Assembly: GCF_964194155.1 (NCBI RefSeq)
Contig: NC_135898.1
Location: forward strand, 68,014,001 to 68,078,000
Source of the DNA: Cetorhinus maximus
Lineage: Eukaryota
Length of the DNA stretch: 64,000 nt
Reading direction: 5' to 3'
Shown: positions 53,101 to 63,429 of the stretch, in pieces
Numbering within the stretch: position 1 is the stretch's first letter
How the letters are laid out: each line of letters begins with the position of its first letter
Notes under the pieces: generated by a model
What the model was told of the DNA's origin: nothing
Seen by the model: the letters and a program-made list of their open reading frames with translations, nothing else
The model's database searches: none
Translations under genes and position numbers: made by a program

Positions 53101-53480
53101 GGTCAATGCCGGGTGGTCCGTACAGTTGCATTCCTTTTTTTGAGACTTTGTAGTGGTTTTATACAGCTGATTGGCTTGCTAGGCCATTTCAGAGGGCATT
53201 TAAAAGTCAACCACTCTGCTCTCCTTACCAGGTCTGGAGTCACTTGTAGGCCAGACCAGATAAGGACACCAGATTTCATTCCCTAAAGGACATTAATGAG
53301 CCAGATGGGTTTTTACAATGATTAACTATGGTTTCATGGTCATCATTAGACTCATAATTCCAGATTTTTATTGGATTCAAATTCCACCAACTGTTGTGGT
53401 GGGATTCAAACCCAGGTCCCCAGAGCATTACCCTGGGTCTTTCTAGATTACTAGTCCAGCGACAATACCACTACACCCCC
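50131..53480 (-). mobile_element. Near full-length HER1-like CR1-clade LINE with a tRNA/V-SINE-derived 5' end
   Basis: APE endonuclease (LTNIW..LVKQQPDIVILTES..PGY..DRPSRG), RT (FDRVWHQG, GVPQGSVLGP, GMFTDN), HE1-type 3' tail with poly(A). 5' head has an A box (53467-53477) and a B box (53401-53413). Many stops and frameshifts. Confidence 0.9.
50826..50934. repeat. 32-bp minisatellite (ctgactctcactggggtacagttccacacaca) x3.4
   Basis: Units start at 50826, 50858, 50890 and 50922. Confidence 0.92.
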
Positions 53481-53669
53481 AGAATGTACTCAACTAGCCC
53501 ACCCTTGTAAAACTCAAAACGAAACATCTACTGTTTGATGTCATTCTGCAACTGGGCAGCACTTGAACAATCCTGAATGTGTTAATAGCTACACTAACAA
53601 CAAATTTAAGATAATCAGTGAAGCTTGTAACATTGCTCATTTATGCTCGCTAGAAGCAATATAAATTCA

Positions 53670-53935
53670 TAAGTAGTGACCCATTGTCTGCACAAAAGGA
53701 ATATGTTCAAGCCTTGCACATTTTTTGAATGACCTAGGAGCTTGGGGAGCCCACAATTCCCTGTTACTTTCTCCATGACAATGTCTCAGCCAATCAGAGT
53801 CGATTGCCAACCAATCATTACCCTTTTCTCCTGTAGTATAAATTGTTGGAACTATTTTAAATTTGGCATTATTGCATTTGTCCTGATGAGTACAAGATGA
53901 AAAGTTTTGGCAACATGTCTCTCTTGTCAGCAATA
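53670..53935 (+). mobile_element. Penelope-like pLTR copy (same family as 7381-7692) with degenerate hammerhead at 53878-53913
   Basis: ccaatc x2, tataaa, ttgtc-CTGATGAG-tacaagat-GAAA-agttttggcaa, ...tcagcaat. Confidence 0.7.
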
Positions 53936-54454
53936 ATGAAATGCAATTTTGTTGTATTTTTGACCACCAAGCTAAATCCATTCCTTCCCTTCTAGAGTGC
54001 ACTGTGGATAGATGACTATCATGTTGCACAGAAAGTAATCCTTAGGGCTTCTCTGACTAGAGGTCTCTAATTGTTATTATAATTGATCTAGTTATCAGTG
54101 CAACAACGCTAAAAGTATACCCAAGATACTGAAAAGGAAATAGCAATACCTTAACCAAATAGTATAAACTCTTAAGTAATACCAGGTGAAACTCTTATAA
54201 TATTCTGGTACATTTTAAGGGAACCTAAAAGCACACTGTGGGATACACTGTTTGAATGCTTACCATATTTGTCTGACATCTGTCTTTCTGCTGTTGAGAA
54301 TAATTTCAGTTGATATGTTAAGGGTCTGTGTGTTAGTATCTTCTGGCTTAATTTTAGCACTAGCAGTATTGTCATGTACTGAATAGTTACCAGAATAAAA
54401 GCAATATTATCATCTACTAAAGGATTACCAGCATTAAAACCACTGAGTGCACAT

Positions 54455-54555
54455 TATGGAATCATAGAATAGTGCAACAAAGAAGGAGGCCATTTAGCCC
54501 ATGACATCTGCACGGTTCTTTCAAAGAGCAATCCACTTGATCCCACTCCTCCCTG
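54455..54555 (-). mobile_element. CR1 3' tail fragment
   Basis: atcatagaatagtgcaacaaagaaggaggccatttagccc. Confidence 0.6.
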
Positions 54556-54858
54556 AATATAAAATGCCATGTAGGAAGAAGGAAATGAGCCACTATGCTC
54601 CAGGAAAGGTTTGATTTATCTGCATTGCTTTAACCAGCATTGTACATAATGTTGAACATATAACACTCAGGAAAATTAAGATTTACTGATGTTTCTCAGT
54701 CAAATCTCAGTGCAGCGTGCCAGAGTTATCAACATTCATACTTCTACAATTCTACAAATGAAGTAAATCCCAAGCACCCAAATGGTCCAGATAGAAAGAA
54801 AAGGGGAGCCTCTCGAGCTCCAGACATTACTATTGGATGGTTTGAAACAAAAACTTAC

Positions 54859-54924
54859 CTCAAGCATTCTTGGGTGGATATGAAGGTAGAAACTTCCTTC
54901 CCTTCCTTCTGCCTCTTTCAAGGT
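54859..54924 (-). other. Candidate 66-nt exon
   Basis: Strong acceptor tttttttcatgccAG and consensus donor GAG|GTAAGT; open phase-0 frame TLKEAEGREGSFYLHIHPRMLE. No protein recognised. Confidence 0.3.
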
Positions 54925-55455
54925 CTGGCATGAAAAAAACCGAAGAGAATTAGGTTACCTGAGAGATCTAGGTCCTCAGGTTCTTCAACTAAGTGATCAT
55001 GTACCTGGATCCTCAAGCCTCTATTCTCACTCCTCCTGCCCACTCCAGCTTCTTGTGTCATGCTTTACAAACACTTCAAGATTAATCTCCAATGCCTACC
55101 TGGCTGGATGCCTCAGAATTAGTGCCGGTCAAGGAGAATGTGATTGATGGTTACATATAATGAAGGAGCAATAGCGCTGTGAATAATAGGAGTTAGTTAC
55201 TCCTGCTCCCCTGGTTTTCTTTCACTGTGTCTAAAGGACAACAAGAAAAGGGGTTATATTGCATTGTTGAGGAGCAGTGTTCATGTTTAGTCAGCAGAAA
55301 CGGTGTCTGGAAGGTTTTGTGATCTAGTTTGCTGACAGGTAATGCAGGTAATCTTATACAATAAGATGAAAATGAAGAGAAGCAGGAGATGATGATAAAC
55401 CAGTATTAATTCATTATATGTAACCTTCTCCTGACCAGGCACTAATCCTGAGACA

Positions 55456-55582
55456 AAAACAGAAAATGCTGGAAAACCTCAGCAGGTCTATCAGCATCTG
55501 TGGATAGAGAAACAGAGTTAACATTTTGAGTCCATATGACCCTTCTCTTCAGGTTTACCGCATCCGCAGTATTTTGCTTTTA
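55456..55582. mobile_element. Short Penelope-derived element (family of 56836-57084)
   Basis: aaaacagaaaatgctggaaaacctcagcaggtc...catccgcagtattttgctttta; 15-bp TSD actaatcctgagaca (55441-55455) / actaattctgagaca (55583-55597). Confidence 0.75.
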
Positions 55583-55694
55583 ACTAATTCTGAGACATCC
55601 AGCCAGGGAGCTATTAGAGAGTAACCCTGAAGAGTTTGTAAAGCAGTATTAGACACCTACCCTCCTACTTCTCCCCCTCCAGTCTCTTTATTGT

Positions 55695-55770
55695 CTTGGA
55701 GAGAGCCAACATGTACACGATGGGCCAAATGACTGCCTTCTGTGCCGTAACCATTCTATAATTCTAATTA
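55695..55770 (+). mobile_element. CR1 3' tail fragment
   Basis: acgatgggccaaatgactgccttctgtgccgtaaccattctataattcta. Confidence 0.65.
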
Positions 55771-56835
55771 CCTACCACATAAGACAGTGAGAAATGAAAG
55801 GCTTTTGTGTGAAAACTGGGGGCGTAAAGGATTACCTCACACCCATTCACTGTAAGCTTTTCAAGCACATTAACATAGTGAGAGGAAGGTTTTTGATAAT
55901 GGCAGACATGCTTTGTACAGCACATTCTTGTGTGCGGCTGGCTGTTCTTACCTTGTCTGATTATAAAATTTGAATGGCACTGAGTTGCTGGTCATCGATT
56001 GTGGAGCTGGAACATTCTGTGAAGGTCTTGGGACCAAAACAACTTGAGACATCCAGAATTAAAATTGCATGAGCAAAATAGTTTCCTTTATTAAAACTGC
56101 TTCTGCGGACTCTAGCATACTCCCACTGCTGGTACAAATGTGTATGGTAGCTTCAAGTGAACAAAATGAACATTGCACTTTTCAAAATACTATACACTAC
56201 ATCCCTCCCCTTCTTAGTAAATGAGAGATGTAACATGTTTCAATGATACATCTGCAAAGTGTAAACAAACTTAAGCATAACCTAAACATTCAACTTATTA
56301 CATATTCTAACTTTTGTATTAAATTTAACAATACATTCAGTTATATACAATGAAATGAAAGATTTGTCACCAACTGAAAATACTTCACTTCATAATATAA
56401 TCACTTAAGTATGTTGGACATTTTCTCTCACAAGTAGGATATCGTCTAACGTCAGATGTGGTCTTATTTAACTCGTTCTTCATCTGAGATGTTGATGTTG
56501 AATTGGATTCAATGTTTATTAATGGTGCTTTGAAGAATGGCATGTTTTGTGTAATGATTTGTGCTTAGCAGTGATCATTGATCCTTTTGTGTTGGTCACA
56601 ACAATTGGTTGGATGTCATAAGGGGTTGTTTGTTTTCCAACATGACCATCACGTCTTAGAAGCCTCAAGTTCAGTAGCTCTGGACTCTGAAAGCGATAGT
56701 GAGCTTGCTAACTCCAACAGCTCTGAGAGCTTTCTTCCCTCCGCAAGTGCTTTTCAGTGTAGCTGACTAAAAGACAACCTTTGATTATTTGTGTTTGGAT
56801 TTCCTGTTCGACATGTTCAACATCGTAAAATTCAC

Positions 56836-57084
56836 TAAGATAAAAGCAAAATACTGCGGATGCTGGAAATCTGAAACAAAAACAAAAATAGCTGGAAAAA
56901 CTCAGCAGGTCTGACAGCATCCAAGGAGGCGAAGACAGAGCCAACGCTTCAAGTCTGCACCACTCTTCATCAGAACCTTCATCAGTTCTGATGAAGAGTC
57001 GTGCGGACTCGAAACGTTAACTCTGTCTTTCTCTCCACGGATGCTGTCAGACCTGCTGAGTTTTTCCAGCTATTTTTGTTTTTG
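56836..57084 (+). mobile_element. Penelope-derived fold-back element with a hammerhead ribozyme
   Basis: ~100-bp inverted arms (56877-56976 / 56985-57084); TSD catcgtaaaattcac / tatcacaaaattcac. Confidence 0.8.
56984..57022 (+). ncRNA. Minimal type I hammerhead ribozyme
   Basis: AGTT-CTGATGA-A-GAGTC-gtgcg-GACTC-GAAA-CG-TT-AACT: stem I AGTT/AACT, 5-bp stem II, palindromic AACGTT stem III. Confidence 0.7.
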
Positions 57085-58887
57085 TATCACAAAATTCACA
57101 TTTGGTTGCTAGTTGCCTCAAACGTGTGCAATATTAACCAATTGTCATGTTTGCTTCTTGTTTCATGCGTTGGAAGATGATTGTTTTGCATATTGTGATT
57201 TTCTTGGATGTGAAATAGGAGATTAGTACATTTGTAACTGAGTCATAGTCATTTTGCTCAGGCGTAAGTGTCTCAAAATTATCCTCCAATTCTTCATTGT
57301 CACAATGCAGAAGTAGGCCTTTTCTCCTCTTATCCTCTGTGATTACAAAACCTGCCATCTCACCTTCAAACATTGCAGCCACTTTTGCCAACATGGGAAT
57401 GCAGATGCTGATACCATGTTCATCATCAACTGTGATGAAACTTCTCTGTGAAAGCTTTTCTGCTGGTTTGATCTGAGTTTGAGTGCACTTAACACAGCCT
57501 CAGTGCGTCTGGAAGTCTGCAGCTTAAATTGCTGCTATTTTGGCAGAATGTAGACAAAACGCTCCAAAAAGATTCATACGTGGAAGGAATGCTTGTTTAT
57601 TTTTCATTATCCTCATTGCTAGTGTGAAGTTCTTGTGACCAAAACAGCCTGAGACACCCAGAATTAAAATTGCACAAACAACAATGGTTTCCTTTATTAA
57701 ACTTGTTTCTGTATAATCTATCAGACTCCTTCTGCTGGTACAAATGTGTATGGTAGCCTCAAGTGAACAAAATTGAAAATTGTACTTTTCAAAATACTAT
57801 ACACTACACATACCATCATGGCTATTTCTTTTTACTGGATCGCAGTAGATACATCTGGATTCCTCTGCCTCATTTGGTTGAGCAGAACTGCCTCAAGAAG
57901 ATTGAGATCTCTTCCATTCCACAGAACGAATAGGCATTTCTCAGCTTGTAGTTCTAAACCAGTTTTCAATGTGTTTTAACCTTTAAATCCTGCAGAAGCA
58001 TGCTACGTACTTTCCCTAATAAGTGAGTTCCTAATGAGAGCTCTTTACAGTCCACAGGAGTCACTTCCAAAATTATAATTAAGATCACCTTAGAAACCTG
58101 CATTAAAACAGGGAGTCTGAATTACTGGCTCCAGAATTTCAAGGTTGGTATCCTAGGTATTGTTCCAGAAACGTTTCTACCAGTGTCCTCCGATACAATT
58201 CCTGCTGGGGTATGTAAGATCAGTAAAAGAAAATCTTATTTGCATGCAGCCAGTGGTCACAAGTGCTTATTTGCCCACACCACCAAAAATTCAGCTGCTG
58301 TCTGCCTGTGGGATGGGGCTGTCCACATCCCTAACCTCAACAATGCTCTGACTGATCTCTGAGCAAAGGACATAATCCAAGATCATGTTTAAAACTAAAA
58401 TAATGATCTTTGGAGGTTGAGGACATTTGCCAATTTTGAACTGCACTGGAACAGTCCAGTTGTGGAGGGCAGTACACATCATCTCTCTCAGTGTGTCAGC
58501 CAGCAGTACTACGTGAGTGCCAGGCATGGAAGGTTAGAGTTGGAGGTTGGAATTTAATCCGTGGTGCACCACTCCTGATGGTGGAACCAGAAGCGGGCGC
58601 CACTTCTGCTCTCATGTCAGGAGCCAGTGCCTAGGTGATTGATATGAAAATTTAAAGGGCCGGTGGCGGGCGTGTGAAACACTTGTAATTAGATAGCAAG
58701 GGTGGATTTTCATTGGAGGATCCTGCTGTCAGGTGACAGTTCAGTAGGTCCAGGCAGAATATAAAAGAATCACCTGATAAGCAGGGAGGCTGTGCGTCAA
58801 GGCCCCAACTTTCTTGTCCACCTCCTTTTTGTCAGAAGTCTGGGACCCTCCCCATCAAGTCCAAACCCCTTTCACATCACTTTGAAG

Positions 58888-59420
58888 ATGTCAGAGCAAA
58901 AACATAGACCAGGCCCACAGCTCAGCGATGCCTCCCCTCAGATTCTCCTCCAAGCTGTCAGAGAATGGCAGGAGGAGCTCTTCCTGAGCAATGGCAATAG
59001 GGGGCCTTCCTGCATGATCAAGGTAATCTGAACAGAGATCACAGGGGTGAACAACCGTGAGATCCACTGGATCCATTGCAGGAAAAGTGTCAATGACCTC
59101 ATTTGATCCACTCTGGTAAGTGGCACAGTGGCATGGGATTGTCTCTCATGTGTGCATCACTATCTGTTTGTGAAGGTGAATGCATGATGAGCCTCAGGAC
59201 CACCATGTTACTTGAGGCCAAAGTGTGCGACAGTTTGGCTTGAGTGAGTGACTGGATCAACCTAACAAATTTCGGGCCAGTACGTGTGATGGGATGCATT
59301 CGGTCAAGGGAATCAGTTGGTGTTTATCAAGCCTCTAAATCTCTACTTTCTTGTGCAGGAAAAGTAGACCCGTAAACTGAAGGAAAGGGCTAAAATCACA
59401 TATGAAGGGGTGCCCGAAGG
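58888..59420 (+). pseudogene. Myb/SANT-like (NAIF1-like) Harbinger partner pseudogene, exons 1-2
   Basis: MSEQKHRPGPQLSDASPQILLQAVREWQEELF..WIHCRKSVNDL; donor GTAAGT at 59116; acceptor ttcttgtgcAG at 59358; in-frame stops. Confidence 0.75.
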
Positions 59421-59484
59421 TCCTCACCCAGATTGCAGGTAGAGCCATCGTTAAAGGCTGATTGGTCATTTTAGGCTGCTTGAC

Positions 59485-59849
59485 TTTTCTTTCTTTCATG
59501 GAACGTGGTATCACTGGCAAGGCCATCATTTGTTACCCATCCCTAATTGCCCCTTGAACTGAGTGGCTTGCTAGGCTATTTCAGAGGGCATCAAGAGTCA
59601 ACTACATTGCTATGAGTCTGGAGTCACATGTAGGTCAGGCTAGGCAAAGATGGCAGATTTCCTTCCCTAAAGGACATTAGTGAACCAGGTGGGTATTTAT
59701 GACAATCGATGGTAGTTTCATGGTCAACATCACTGATGACTAGTTTTATGTTCCAGTTATTAACTGAATGCCACAGTGGGATTTGAACCCACAGCATTAG
59801 CCTAGGTCTCTAGATTACTAGTCCAGTGACATTACCATTGTCTCCCCCC
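59485..59849 (-). mobile_element. HE1-like SINE (tRNA head, V domain, HER1 3' tail)
   Basis: B box gggttcaaatccc; V-like core ctggttcactaatgtcctttagggaaggaaatctgcc; tail caagggcaattagggatggg...ccatgaaagaaagaaaa. Confidence 0.88.
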
Positions 59850-60289
59850 TGCCCACTGGTGCATCAGTTCTCCTGGGTAACAGCCTTCAGTAGCGAGTGT
59901 GTGTGCCACACATCCACTCCCTCCACTATTCTAGGTGGTAGCAGGCACAGTTTCAGAGGTAGCTCCTGTTTGGGGGAGGCTGGCAGGATTGGTAGACATC
60001 TTGAGCAGGCAAACCTGTCCCAGTGATGGGACAATGTTCATATAGGTCCCTGAGTCTTGGACAAATTTTGTGTGTATGAGGTTGTTCCTGGTTCCCTTGG
60101 CATGTCTCTCTATGGCCCTGGCATCTAACAAACACTCTTGCAAATTCACGCCCCCCTCTTCAGGCTCATCCCATTCATTCTCATCTGAGGAAGCGTGTTG
60201 CTCCTCCTTGTTGTGCTGATGCACGGATTTACTGCACTGGATGGCTACATTGTGCAGTGCACAATATATCAGGACTATCCCTGGGCAGG

Positions 60290-61060
60290 AGGAGAGGATT
60301 CAACAAAGGACGGCTCTCGCCGGTCAACAACTGAGTAGCAAGGCCAGCAACAGACAGCAGCAGAGGGGAGGATGGTCAGGAGGCAGCATCCAGGGAAGGC
60401 ATTAGAGAAGAAGGTCACTGACATAGCAGTGTGTCTTCAGGACATGAATGAACTACCTCCAGGGGTCCGAGAGGCAATGCCAGAGATGCCTGAGGCTGTC
60501 CCGGGAAGTGGTCACCAAAATTTGCCAGATCCTACAACAAGGAACCCCATGCCTGTGGTCCTCAAAGCACTCAACTTTTTCACTACCAGTTGCTTCCAGG
60601 GCTCCATGGGTGACATGTGTGGCATTTCACAGGCTGCAACACACAGATGCTTCAAAGAATTGACCAATGCCCTCTTCATCATGTCAATGAGTTCATCAGG
60701 CTCACCATTGATGCTGACAGCGGTCAGGGTAATGGGTTTCGTGGCCATCACTCGTTTCCCTAGAGTGCAAGGGGTAATTGTGCCGCACTCATGTTGCCAT
60801 TGGAGCTCCCCTGGGAACAGCCAGCGGAATATGTAAACCACAAAGGATTCCAGTCTTTAACTGTCCAACTGGGCTGTGACCACAGATGAAAATCATGCAG
60901 GTCTGTGCCCATTTCCCAGGGAGCTCTCATGACTCATATAACTCGCAGCTTCCTGAGATTTTCGAAGTCCCTGCCCAGGTTGACGGGTAGATCCTGAGTA
61001 ACAAAAGGGCAATCCCCTCCAGACCTGGTGGATGATACATGTGAGGCATCCCCACAGTCA
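60290..61060 (+). pseudogene. Harbinger transposase pseudogene fragment
   Basis: MPVVLKALNFFTTSCFQGSMGDMCGISQAATHRCFKELTNALF, FPRVQGVI, NHKGFQSLTVQ, HFPGSSHDSY; multiple frameshifts. Confidence 0.85.
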
Positions 61061-61518
61061 CAGTCTTTGTGTGTGTGTGAGACAGAGGTCTAATCCCCTT
61101 GCTATTCTAGGTGGTAGAGGACACAGGTTCAGAGTTAGTTCCTGGGGGTGGGGGGGGCCGCCGCTGGCAAGAATTGGCTGATATCCTGAGAAGGCACACA
61201 TGTTCCAGCAACAGGACAATGGCCATGTAGGTCCTTCAATCTTGGGTGAAGTTTGTGTATATGATTCACAAGCTGCAGTTGGTATAAGCATGCACTTCTT
61301 GCTTTTCATGTCTCCCTTCACCGCAACCTTATCTTGGGCCTTTCTCCCTTCGTATACCCAAGAACTGCAACCCGGTCAGGCAGTGGCAGAAGTACAAGAG
61401 GTGGAAGAGCAGGAGGACATTGATAAAGAAGGAAATCCACCACGCACTCGCAGTCACCAGCTCAGGCACTTGCACTGCGCGTGCTTTAGAGGATAGCACA
61501 GTGGCAGGATCTGCACAT

Positions 61519-62365
61519 TTTTATTGATCCATTCATGGGATGTGGGCACCGCTGACTCGGCCAGCATTTATTGCCCATCCTTAATTGCCCTTGAGCAGGT
61601 GGTGGTGAGCTGCCTTCTTGAACCGCTGCAGACTATTTGGTGTAGGTACACCCACAGAGCTGTTAGGAAGGGAGTTCCAAGAATTTGACCCAGCGACAGT
61701 GAAGGAACGACAATATAGTTCCAAATCAGGATGGTGTGTGACTTTAAGGGGAATTTGAAAGTGGTGGTGTTTCCATCTATCTGCTGCCCTTGTCCTCCAA
61801 TGGGTAGAGGTCACAGATTTGGAAGGTGCTGTCGAAGGAACATTGGTGAGTTTCTGCAGTGCATAGATGATACACACCACTGCCACTGTGCAACGGTGGT
61901 GGAGTGATAGAATGTTGCAGTAGTGAATGGGGTGCCAATCAAGCGGGCTGCTTTGTCCTGGATGGTGTTGAACTTCGAGTGTTGTTGGAGCTGCACTTAT
62001 CCAGGCAAGTGGGGAGTATCCCATCACACTCCTGACTTGCGCCTTGTAGGTGATAGACAGGCTTTGAGGAGTCAGGAGGTGAGTTACTTGCCACAGGAGT
62101 CCTAGTCTCTGATCTGCTCTTGTAGCCACAGTATTTATATGGCTAGTCCAGTTCAGTTTCTGGTCAATAGTAACCCTCAAGATGTTGATAGTGGGGGATT
62201 TGGTGAAGGTAATGCCATTGAATGTCAAGGCATGGTAGTTAGATTCTCTCTTGTTGGAGATGGTCATTGCCTGGCACTTGTGTGAGTGAATGTTGCTTGC
62301 CACTTATCAACCCAAGCCTGAATGTTGTCCGTGTCTTGCTGCATATGGACACAGGCTGCTTCAGG
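61519..62365 (-). mobile_element. HER1-like LINE 3' fragment
   Basis: ORF 61581-62303 (HKCQAMTISNKRES..IDQKLNWTSHIN..FKKAAHHHLLKGN) plus HE1/HER1 tail. Confidence 0.9.
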
Positions 62366-63240
62366 TGGTGAGATACTAATGGGAGTGCTGTGCAGCTGGG
62401 GCAAAAGCCAATGGCAGTACAGGAGCCAGCGCGCGGGAGGGTGAGGTCACATATGAGTTCTGAAGTAGAGGAGTCAGTGGAGGATTTCAATGGTGCAGCC
62501 TACAGAGGAAGGCTGGTGGGTATGCACACTGAAATTCTTGGAAAGCCTGCCAAAAAGCCAAAATCAATGTCAAGGGGCATTGAGGATCTCGGCACCAACT
62601 TGGGGCAGAGTTTTGCACTGAACTGAAAGCTTGTCCTCTCCAGCATGAAAGTGGTGGCCAGCTCCAGTTATCCTGGATGAAACTTGCAAGATGAAACATT
62701 CGATGGCTGATGTCTCAGCTTCCATTACAGCGCAAACAAAGCCACTAAAAGTCTAGGTGCTGCAGTGGAAGCTGGGACTGAAGTCACACAAGCTCAGACT
62801 GCAGATGCCAGTGTTCAAAGGAGTTTGTAGGGTCTAAAATCAGCCCAGCAATTTGTCCTCCAGCACATTACTAGCATTGTTGGGTCAGCACCCTAAGCCA
62901 GTGGAAAGGCTTCATGAAGCACAAACCTGCTGTCTTCTCTCAGGATGACAGTATTCGTGCTCCCACCACCTTGCTGCTGCCTGTCAGCCAGCCAGCCCAG
63001 ACTGCTGCCGCCCATGCTGATGTGGTGCAGTCCAAAGTCAGGTCTTCTGGGACCAGGGCTGCTTGAGACTGTCCTGCCAGGTCACCAGCAGTCTCCTCCA
63101 CTGAAAGTCAGCAGCCTTCCACCAGTCATGCTGCAGCCACTGGGGCTGCACTGTGTAGGAACACTAAGACAGGCAAAGGCACAAGGAATACAGGCACAAA
63201 GGGAATACAAAAAAATGGTTAGTTGTCTTTTGTATGGAAT
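62366..63240 (+). pseudogene. 3' part of a Harbinger Myb-partner gene (decayed)
   Basis: RGRLVGMHTEILG..MSRGIEDLGTNLGQSF..SMKVVASS; converges on the transposase remnant at 63430-64000. Confidence 0.5.
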
Positions 63241-63429
63241 ATTGGATGGTTTGATTTATAGCTTTGGTTTGGAATGTTTCTTCTATTTTAACATTGCGGT
63301 AAAGAGGATCCTCTGAAGGTCTGCAACAGGGGAATGATAAGGTGTGGGATTGTTGGTGAATGGAGATTTGGGATTGGATTGATAATCAGATGCACCAACC
63401 ATAGATAGCCAATCCAGAAAGGGGATGAG

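Larger units (their letters stand above)
56650..57394 (-). pseudogene. Gypsy gag remnant
   Basis: KRRKGLLLHC..EELEDNFETL..DYDSVTNVLISYFTSKK..IFQRMKQEANMTIG..TRLRQLATKCEF..EQEIQTQIIKG; interrupted by the Penelope-like insertion. Confidence 0.75.
56018..57808 (-). mobile_element. Internally deleted Ty3/Gypsy (Mag-like) LTR retrotransposon
   Basis: ~185-bp direct LTRs 56018-56201 and 57623-57808 (TG...CA); TSD CATTC/CATAC; PPT aagaaggggaggga at 56202-56215; decayed PBS tagcaatgagga (cf. tggcgacgagga); gag remnant. Confidence 0.88.
58545..60290. mobile_element. Harbinger element remnant (Myb gene on +, transposase C-terminus on -), interrupted by an HE1 SINE
   Basis: TIR-like ggttggaattt at 58545; minus strand 60050-60290 has an acidic C-terminus ending TRNNLIHTKF. 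Confidence 0.65.

Noticed and set aside
53395-53480. tRNA gene (also 13855-13920 and 59775-59849)
   Set aside because: A and B boxes are present but there is no complete cloverleaf; these are SINE/LINE tRNA-derived heads.
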